Shown here piece after piece: positions 33,873 through 40,322 of a stretch of 47,882 bases of DNA (positions are counted from its first letter, which is position 1; every line of letters starts with the position of its first letter). Both the position numbers and the translations under genes were made by a program. This DNA comes from a virus, in the IMG/VR virus record IMGVR_UViG_3300029585_000017. The stretch is one strand, 5' to 3'. The notes under the pieces are model-generated. The model worked only from the letters and a program-made list of their open reading frames with translations, ran no database searches and was not told the origin of the DNA.

Positions 33873-33900
33873 ATATTCGTATCAGCTACATTATTGTCAA
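33873..33900 (-). promoter_or_regulatory. Weak sigma70-like promoter candidate (TTGACA-N16-GAATAT)
   Basis: Consensus -35, poor -10. Shares TGTAGCTGATA with the promoter at 34707. Confidence 0.3.
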
Positions 33901-34445
33901 ATCTTATTAAGTATCAATAACCTAATAAGCACTTGTCACACGTTTAACATTAACATTTAAGTTAATGTCTATTTGACCTATCACATTGCTTATAGACAAA
34001 ATTAATTTATATAGCGGCACACACAAGACTACTAATCTGCGTACTCTAAGGAATCCCACGGCAAACCCACGTCCATTGATAGGGAGATTCTGTCTCACGA
34101 CGTTAACCTATATCTCTGTCAGACGCACACGTTTATCTAGTGTTATCCGCTTCTGTTATCCTAATAGGGCGCGGTAGTAAAGACACACGGCGCATTATAC
34201 CTATTAAGCAAAGAGTTACTTGCACTAACTCACTAACCCAACCATAGCCTATCAATCAAAGCGGATTACGCACTAATCAAAGCTATGCTCTATAATATTA
34301 CGAGCTTTCCCTACTCAATTTCAGTATGGATAAGAGTCTATACACTTGCATCATTGACCAAGTACCTTGCCATATCTTGTATGTGTAGCCGTGGCTAACC
34401 AAGACAGCGAACAAACCACATGACCTAGCTCAATCTCTATTATCA

Positions 34446-34460
34446 CAATGTGATAGTAAA
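34446..34460 (-). promoter_or_regulatory. Operator-like 15-mer TTTACTATCACATTG, overlapping the perfect palindrome TATCACA-A-TGTGATA (34441-34455)
   Basis: Identical to 23872-23886 (-). Confidence 0.45.
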
Positions 34461-34590
34461 GCGTGACGTTAAGACAACAAATCTAACATTCACCAAGTCG
34501 CCTATCTTTCTTTTAAGTGTGGATAGATTCACACCATGTTTTCGTTATTAAGCGTTATCTCGCTTTGTCAGGGTAATCACTTCCCTATCG

Positions 34591-34618
34591 ATTATACGTG
34601 AACCTATCACAAAGTCAA
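34591..34618 (-). promoter_or_regulatory. Sigma70-type early promoter (TTGACT-N16-TATAAT)
   Basis: The - strand reads CCTTGACTTTGTGATAGGTTCACGTATAATCG, with an A/T-rich upstream element. The spacer contains TGTGATAG. Confidence 0.65.
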
Positions 34619-34632
34619 GGTTTATTTTAACT

Positions 34633-34647
34633 TTCTTGCTCACTCAA
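34633..34647. repeat. Right arm of the perfect 15-bp inverted repeat
   Basis: The + strand TTCTTGCTCACTCAA is the reverse complement of 33295-33309. Confidence 0.9.
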
Positions 34648-34706
34648 GGCGAGCTATCAAGATGCTTTCCACGTCACCTTAATTGCTTTCCTTTTAGTAT
34701 GTAGCC

Positions 34707-34735
34707 ATTCTATCAGCTACATATTGAAAGGTCAA
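34707..34735 (-). promoter_or_regulatory. Sigma70-type early promoter (TTGACC-N17-TAGAAT) with an A-rich UP-like element
   Basis: The - strand reads AAAATAATGCTTGACCTTTCAATATGTAGCTGATAGAATGG. Confidence 0.65.
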
Positions 34736-34738
34736 GCA

Positions 34739-34879
34739 TTATTTTCTACGCAACCAATTTAAACAATCTTCTTTTATATGAGGGTAATGTTCTTCTATGT
34801 GCTCCACTACCTCCTCCCATTTGGCAGCCCTTACAACGAGATGCTGATAATCTGATTTAAAATCATCAAGGGTTAACAT
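34739..34879 (-). CDS. 46-aa early protein, below the ORF-track threshold
   Basis: I translated it by hand: MLTLDDFKSDYQHLVVRAAKWEEVVEHIEEHYPHIKEDCLNWLRRK. AAGAGGTAC RBS; downstream of the promoter at 34918. Confidence 0.55.
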   Translation of the reverse strand: MLTLDDFKSDYQHLVVRAAKWEEVVEHIEEHYPHIKEDCLNWLRRK

Positions 34880-34917
34880 ATTGTACCTCTTTCACTTTCC
34901 TATTAGATAGCTCACTC

Positions 34918-34946
34918 ATTATAAGAGAGCTAGATTAAAAGGTCAA
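34918..34946 (-). promoter_or_regulatory. Near-consensus sigma70-type early promoter (TTGACC-N17-TATAAT) with an A-tract UP element
   Basis: The - strand reads AAAAATATAAAAAAAGCTTGACCTTTTAATCTAGCTCTCTTATAATGAG. Confidence 0.75.
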
Positions 34947-34961
34947 GCTTTTTTTATATTT

Positions 34962-35081
34962 TTAATTCCCTTTAGGGAAGTCACGGATTAAACAACGCAT
35001 CGCGTATAAATAAGCTATGTTATGTTTATCATCCATACAGCCAATTAATATAAAACGTTTCTCGTAGTCTGCTACACTCAT
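34962..35081 (-). CDS. 39-aa early protein, below the ORF-track threshold
   Basis: I translated it by hand: MSVADYEKRFILIGCMDDKHNIAYLYAMRCLIRDFPKGN. TAA-T-ATG junction with the upstream gene. Confidence 0.4.
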   Translation of the reverse strand: MSVADYEKRFILIGCMDDKHNIAYLYAMRCLIRDFPKGN

Positions 35082-35082
35082 A

Positions 35083-35916
35083 TTAAGCCGCCAGTTTATT
35101 GTGAATGGATGCCCACGTTTTCTTTCTAAATCCGCTAGGCTTTTCTGCCTTGCTAGGGATATTGTCCAACGTTATCCCGAACTTGTCAAGCTCTTTTTGT
35201 TCAGTCTTTGAGAGCTTAATCACATTTTCACTACCAGTATTATCACTGCTAGGCTTAGGCTCATCCACCATGCTAAAAGGCACATCATTATCGCTAGCTT
35301 CTTGCATAGCTTTTGAACTCTCTTCGTACTTTTGGTCAATGATAGCACGTGCGTCTTGAGTTTGCCAACTTTCCTCCACCGTGTTATCAATGACGTCTTC
35401 AAACTCTTCTTTAAGTGTGCCGTCGGGATTGGCGCAATTACCCCCGTACAACTTGTCATGGTCAAGGTTTGAGGGAGGCATACTCCCCCACACTTCACCC
35501 CCTATGCGCTTAATACCGTCGTCACAAATCCGGTATGTAGCCCCACTCAAAGTAAATTGGGGTTCTTTCATTGGTCGAATTTTATACGCTGCTAACTTGT
35601 GACCATCAATAACTATTTCAGTATCGATTGGCTCGAATGGTTCTACATCCTTGCCAAGTAAACAGCGATGAATATCAGAAAGGATCTTGTTCATCCATTC
35701 GTCTAGCACTCGCTTGTCACCTTTAACGCTGTTATTAATGCGCTTGTCACACATATTATAAAACTCTGACAAGTACATCAATTCACTAAACGTACTAGCA
35801 CGCCACACACGGACACCCCCTTTACGGGTACGCTGCATGTAGTTTGTCCAACTTACAGCTAATACAGGATCTGTGTCTAACTCCGGAAAAGCGAGTTTAA
35901 ACTTATCAACTTTCAT
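35083..35916 (-). CDS. Early protein of unknown function (277 aa)
   Basis: ATG at 35916 (MKVDKFKLAF) follows GGAGAT and lies just downstream of the promoter at 35950. Confidence 0.65.
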   Translation of the reverse strand: MKVDKFKLAFPELDTDPVLAVSWTNYMQRTRKGGVRVWRASTFSELMYLSEFYNMCDKRINNSVKGDKRVLDEWMNKILSDIHRCLLGKDVEPFEPIDTEIVIDGHKLAAYKIRPMKEPQFTLSGATYRICDDGIKRIGGEVWGSMPPSNLDHDKLYGGNCANPDGTLKEEFEDVIDNTVEESWQTQDARAIIDQKYEESSKAMQEASDNDVPFSMVDEPKPSSDNTGSENVIKLSKTEQKELDKFGITLDNIPSKAEKPSGFRKKTWASIHNKLAA

Positions 35917-35949
35917 AAAGTATCTCCAATTGTCAATGAACATGTGTAT

Positions 35950-35978
35950 ATTGTACACATACAAATGGTCACTGTCAA
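35950..35978 (-). promoter_or_regulatory. Near-consensus sigma70-type early promoter (TTGACA-N17-TACAAT)
   Basis: The - strand reads GCTGTTGACAGTGACCATTTGTATGTGTACAATATAC. The palindrome ATGTGTA-N5-TACACAT overlaps the -10 and start site. Confidence 0.7.
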
Positions 35979-36033
35979 CAGCTTGGCGCAAAATATTTTC
36001 TAGCCTAAATTGCGCCTCTGCCGCATTGCAAAA

Positions 36034-36261
36034 CTACCCCCTTTGCATTTCCTTATATGTCCGTACTATCCAGTTAGTCAATGCTAACTCACAATAAGTT
36101 ATTCCAAATAGAATCATTGCCACTATTACTACAAACATTGTTCTTAACGTATCACCTAACATTCCAGTATAGAAGTTAAACCAAAATATTAGAAACAAAG
36201 CGATCATTAAGTTCTTTAAAAAGAGAACTAAACACATTGCACTACTCATATTCGCTCTCAT
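36034..36261 (-). CDS. Small multi-pass membrane protein
   Basis: 75-aa very hydrophobic ORF. Alternative ATG at 36249. Confidence 0.5.
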   Translation of the reverse strand: MRANMSSAMCLVLFLKNLMIALFLIFWFNFYTGMLGDTLRTMFVVIVAMILFGITYCELALTNWIVRTYKEMQRG

Positions 36262-36604
36262 AATATACCCCCTTATCCTGATAGAGTTCGTACACTAGGT
36301 CACACTCTAACCATTCATACATCAATGTGTGAGACTTGATAGATATTTTCTTTGACTCTATCATATAGCTTACCGCTTCGTAATATGCAGTATCTTGCTC
36401 AAACTCTTCCCTAGCTACATCTTGCAACTCAAGTAAGCTAGATACTGTGAGTCTGTCTGCCATTGTGAAAGTTACTACATCGTTACAAGTTTCGAGCATA
36501 TTATTTGGATCTGTTATAATAATCCCATCCGATTCATATGCTTTAGTGCATGTAGTTACAGCAATAGCTGACAAGCACATAGCCACTACAATTTTCTTAT
36601 TCAT
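36242..36604 (-). CDS. Secreted or lipoprotein-like early protein
   Basis: Signal-like N-terminus MNKKIVVAMCLSAIAVTTC. Confidence 0.5.
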   Translation of the reverse strand: MNKKIVVAMCLSAIAVTTCTKAYESDGIIITDPNNMLETCNDVVTFTMADRLTVSSLLELQDVAREEFEQDTAYYEAVSYMIESKKISIKSHTLMYEWLECDLVYELYQDKGVYYESEYE

Positions 36605-36797
36605 AAGTTTGCTCTAACTCCCTTTCAAGTTGTCTAAGTTCAGTAGAGTCTACCACTACACAGTTAACACCTTTAACAGACCATGTACACTCTATTTGTT
36701 CAGGTATGGACGGTTCACTATTAGCGCATCCCCCTAGTGCTAATGTCCATACCCCTACTAATAATAACACACTAAGATTACGCTCGCAACTATTCAT
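36597..36797 (-). CDS. Small lipoprotein
   Basis: Signal peptide plus lipobox: LLLVGVWTLALGG|C. Confidence 0.55.
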   Translation of the reverse strand: MNSCERNLSVLLLVGVWTLALGGCANSEPSIPEQIECTWSVKGVNCVVVDSTELRQLERELEQTYE

Positions 36798-36803
36798 CGC
36801 TGT

Positions 36804-37049
36804 TTATAAACCCCATAAAGAGAGTTCAATACCATTAAGCAATTGTTGTTTACTCTCACAGTAATATTGAAGCATATTATCTCTACCACTGTTATACAAG
36901 TTAACTTCGTAACCATTACCGTCGAAACACACATCAATCTTACAATTAGCCGTGACAATTGTCAAGAATTCTTTGCTTGCAAACACTGCTTTGTGATTAC
37001 CTTCCACTGCCATTGCAGCAACTTTAACAAGTGTTCTATTGATACCCAT
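36804..37049 (-). CDS. Hypothetical early protein
   Basis: 81-aa ORF in operon. Confidence 0.5.
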   Translation of the reverse strand: MGINRTLVKVAAMAVEGNHKAVFASKEFLTIVTANCKIDVCFDGNGYEVNLYNSGRDNMLQYYCESKQQLLNGIELSLWGL

Positions 37050-37489
37050 TATGCAGCCCTCTTACTTACAATGGTAGCACTACTAGCAGCATCCGTCCAT
37101 GATACCCCTTTGTGGTTAGACTTCACCTTATAGATTAGTCCATTGGCTACCACTTCACACACTACTCTGTGCCAACCTGCACTAGACTTGAGCTTATCCA
37201 CCGCTGCCACTATAATTTGAGTCATTGACTGCTTGCCTTCTAGTTCTATCCTTAAGAACTCGCTTGGCTTAGACTGTACTTTAGCACGCTTAGTCGCACT
37301 TGTCAAGACTATTTTAACACCGCGTCTTCTGTCTTGAACAGTCGCTTTGTTCATGCGACCTAACTCACTAAGTGAGTCATTCACTAGCCCACTTGACACA
37401 TACTTAGATAGTATGTCACGTGCTACACCTTGAGATTTAACAGATGGTCTACGTTCACCATCAAAGAACACAGAGTAATTAACTTTCAT
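37049..37489 (-). CDS. Hypothetical early protein (basic)
   Basis: 146-aa ORF, AAGGT RBS; first sizeable gene of the - arm. Confidence 0.55.
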   Translation of the reverse strand: MKVNYSVFFDGERRPSVKSQGVARDILSKYVSSGLVNDSLSELGRMNKATVQDRRRGVKIVLTSATKRAKVQSKPSEFLRIELEGKQSMTQIIVAAVDKLKSSAGWHRVVCEVVANGLIYKVKSNHKGVSWTDAASSATIVSKRAA

Positions 37490-37517
37490 AAGTTTACCTT
37501 AATCAATATAAATGGTC

Positions 37518-37573
37518 GGGAAGATATGGAGAGTTGGAAGCGCCCTCAACAATGGCTGCTCTCCACTCTTCCC
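37518..37573 (-). promoter_or_regulatory. Long interrupted hairpin (7+7 bp) in the early leader
   Basis: GGGAAGA/TCTTCCC and TGGAGAG/CTCTCCA arms, 25-nt loop, small asymmetric bulge. Lies between the 35-aa ORF and the 146-aa gene. Confidence 0.55.
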
Positions 37574-37580
37574 GTTAATA

Positions 37581-37688
37581 CTAGTTAGCTAATGTATACA
37601 CCAATGCATACATGAACCACATTGGAGGCGACATTAATGCAAGTGTTGTACACGCTATGCAATACACTAACTCTTTGAATGTTTCCAT
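37581..37688 (-). CDS. 35-aa hydrophobic microprotein candidate
   Basis: I translated it by hand: METFKELVYCIACTTLALMSPPMWFMYALVYTLAN. GGAGG lies 6 nt before the ATG, but this SD abuts the -10 of the promoter at 37700, so it would be absent from that transcript. Confidence 0.35.
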   Translation of the reverse strand: METFKELVYCIACTTLALMSPPMWFMYALVYTLAN

Positions 37689-37699
37689 GCTGTGCCTCC

Positions 37700-37729
37700 A
37701 TTATAACCTAGTTTGTTTCAAGTTGTCAA
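37700..37729 (-). promoter_or_regulatory. Consensus sigma70-type promoter (TTGACA-N18-TATAAT), leftmost-firing early promoter
   Basis: The - strand reads TTGACAACTTGAAACAAACTAGGTTATAAT. Confidence 0.7.
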
Positions 37730-38135
37730 GTGTTTGTTTCTTTGTCCTAACATATCAAAGCTAACAATGACTTACATGATATGAACAGAGCTTTGCGCTA
37801 GGGTTTTAACGTCTTTATCCTTGACTTGCCGCTTGCTCTATTGACGATGTGAATCATCTCATAAGGTTCATCACTTGTCAAACACTTTGTTCTATTCTTT
37901 TCGACTTGGTAAGCATACTCTTTGCTATATAACTATCACTGCATCACTGCATAGGTAGTAAGCATTGTTTGGTAACGCTTGCCGTTTCGATGGATTAACA
38001 ATAAGCCTTTACGCATAGGATTACAAGCGCTAATTTAAACTATATACAATAGTGTGACCTACATCACATACCACTGTTTACCCTAAAGAGTAGACAGTCT
38101 GATGTACCACAACAAACAAATAAATAAAGAGGCAT

Positions 38136-38179
38136 ATGTCACGTTTTAGACGTTATGGAGGTATATATAAATATAACTA
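38136..38179 (+). promoter_or_regulatory. Phage-specific promoter-like element, copy A (TGTCAC-N19-TATATA), upstream of the tailspike operon
   Basis: ATGTCACGTTTTAGACGTTATGGAGGTATATATAAATATAACTA. It shares an identical 12-mer and an identical 20-mer with copy B. Confidence 0.6.
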
Positions 38180-38560
38180 CTAAGAACTGTAACTAATATA
38201 GTAATAAGTAATAATAAACACATACTATTAACATACTATATACATATACATAACAATGCGTTACTGGTAACACTCGCTTGCGTTCGCTTAAACCCCCTCA
38301 ATCCCTTGGTATATAAGGGCTGAGCTAATATTTAACATTGTTGTAACAAGGAAAATATGTTAATGGGGTGTAAAGCAACTGTTAACTATCTGTTACAAGA
38401 ATGTTACGAGCGTTTTGCTAGATATTGGGAAGGGGTGCATCGGGGGTACGCCCCCTTGGTATATTAATGCATTGAACCTTAAAATTTTCTCACAGAAAAT
38501 ATGAGTATACCCTTTCTTAGTGATAATTATTATTAGGCCAAATAATAGGAAAAGAAGTAA

Positions 38561-40294
38561 ATGACTACAAAAGTTAATAATAGAATGATTGATGGTGAAA
38601 CACTGAACATTCTAGATTTTGGAGCTATTGGGGATGGAGTTACAGATAATACAACTGCATTTCAAACAGCTTTTAGCAAATTGAGCGAAAACTCAACATT
38701 ATACATTCCAGATGGTATTTATAATCTAGCACCGGGTACTGTACTTAAAACTACAGGTGATGGTCAGAATATTGTCGGAAGCAGTAAGAACAAAGCCATC
38801 TTGGTATTTGGTACAATTCACTTAGCTCATTCAGTATGTAGTGTACAGAGTTTAAGAATGTATGGGACAGATACTTATGGTATTCTAGTAGATGATGATA
38901 GAACAGAAGCTGAAAGACAAGCAAGCTATTCTACACGTGCTAGAAGTTGGATTAGTGATGTAGACATTGGTAATAAGACTTATGGTATTGCGTTGACAGA
39001 TACAGGTTTCTTCACACGTATTACAGGTAGCCACCTCTCAGGAAATGAAACAGGTATTTGGCTAGCTAATGACCAAAGCGTAACTACTCCACTATTTAAC
39101 GCATCTTGGGATAGAGGTGATACTTTCATCTCAGATTGTACTATTGCGTCAAACTCCCAATATGGTATTTATGCAAAAAACCATGGTACAGCTCTTATTA
39201 GCAATAATAAGATAATTGGTAATGGTATTAACTTCTACGCTAACCCGGATAGAAGTGGTGGACGTGATGAGCGTGTTATGCAGATGTTTATGTCTAATAA
39301 CTCTCTTGAGAATGCTACTTCAGTAAGAAATGTAAACATTATCAGTGTTGCAGATAATGGAAGCGGCAGAACTCGATACACAACAGATGTTCCTCATCAA
39401 CTACCACAATCGCATGTCTATCGTGGTGATATTAGCGGGACAACTAATTATGATGGTGAAGTAAAAACTTTCTACATCTCTCCAACAGTATTTGATACAG
39501 AGCAATCTTTTGTTGCTAATGAAACAGGTACCCTGTCTCTAGGCGGTTGGGACTTATTTGTAGAACCCGGTGAATCTGGAAGCTGTGCTTACTGGAATCT
39601 TACTGGCGGTGATATTAACCAATATAATATCGAGACAGGTGCAAACTTCAATATTCATAATGTTAATGTAAAATATCAAAGACGTTATGGCTCAGGTATT
39701 GATAGTTTTTCAGATGTTGGTTTAATTAACGGTACTGATAGAACTTCTACAAATGCAGCTATTAATATCTTCCCTAGTGGTGATTTTAATGATGGAGATT
39801 TGTTTACACATCATATTCAACTAGATGGTATGCAAAGACTTTCTTCAGGACTATTCATTGCTAAAAAAGAAGTAGATGCAACTGGCGTAAATCAGAAACC
39901 AATCATTCCTGACTTAGATGGAAACGTCTTTAGTGGGAGTTACATCCCATCACAAGTAGGCTCGAACAGTAATGTAGCCAATGTCATCCATGCAACTGGA
40001 GCGTATACCCGTGTAGGTAACACAGTGAGTGTTTCAGGGTCTTTCGATATTATCCCATCTACTGCGGGAGATACTTATACAGCGTTACGCTTTAATCTTC
40101 CAGTAGCTAGTGATATTGCAGACTCCGCAACGTTAAGTGGCACAGCTGTTTGTAGTTCTGTGGCATATGCAGGAGATATTAGCGCAGCAATTCAAGGAGA
40201 TAATGGTAACAATTGTGCGTTCCTCTCTTTTAAAACGCCTACTACTGATCAGTTGAAATTCCGCTATACTCTTTCATATAGAGTTCTAAGTTAA
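38561..40294 (+). CDS. Tailspike with pectate-lyase-like right-handed beta-helix (depolymerase candidate)
   Basis: N-terminal LNILDFGAIGDGVTDNTTAFQTAF is the hallmark of the Pectate_lyase_3-type domain. Repeated NN/GI beta-helix rungs. Confidence 0.75.
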   Translation: MTTKVNNRMIDGETLNILDFGAIGDGVTDNTTAFQTAFSKLSENSTLYIPDGIYNLAPGTVLKTTGDGQNIVGSSKNKAILVFGTIHLAHSVCSVQSLRMYGTDTYGILVDDDRTEAERQASYSTRARSWISDVDIGNKTYGIALTDTGFFTRITGSHLSGNETGIWLANDQSVTTPLFNASWDRGDTFISDCTIASNSQYGIYAKNHGTALISNNKIIGNGINFYANPDRSGGRDERVMQMFMSNNSLENATSVRNVNIISVADNGSGRTRYTTDVPHQLPQSHVYRGDISGTTNYDGEVKTFYISPTVFDTEQSFVANETGTLSLGGWDLFVEPGESGSCAYWNLTGGDINQYNIETGANFNIHNVNVKYQRRYGSGIDSFSDVGLINGTDRTSTNAAINIFPSGDFNDGDLFTHHIQLDGMQRLSSGLFIAKKEVDATGVNQKPIIPDLDGNVFSGSYIPSQVGSNSNVANVIHATGAYTRVGNTVSVSGSFDIIPSTAGDTYTALRFNLPVASDIADSATLSGTAVCSSVAYAGDISAAIQGDNGNNCAFLSFKTPTTDQLKFRYTLSYRVLS

Positions 40295-40322
40295 GAATCC
40301 TACGGTTATAAAGGAAAAATAA

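Noticed and set aside
33986-34177. 63-aa + strand track ORF starting at TTG
   Set aside because: It has a TTG start with no SD, and the only TTGACC box upstream lacks a matching -10. I treat it as a chance ORF.
33295-34647. The 15-bp inverted repeat as MITE/IS termini or an invertase-driven switch
   Set aside because: There is no target-site duplication (flanks CTTTAGTT / GGCGAGCT). I recognised no transposase, serine recombinase or tyrosine recombinase anywhere in the genome. It is kept only as an alternative in the finding.
38303-38464. The two CCCTTGGTATAT copies as extended -10 promoters
   Set aside because: TGG-TATATA is only a loose fit to TGnTATAAT, and neither copy has a -35 box. 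One copy overlaps the end of a possible 36-aa ORF. They are reported only as a repeat within the divergent-region finding.
38481-38491. 11-mer AAAATTTTCTC shared with 33740-33750
   Set aside because: By a rough N^2/(2*4^k) estimate, hundreds of 11-mer pairs are expected by chance in 48 kb, so this is not significant on its own.
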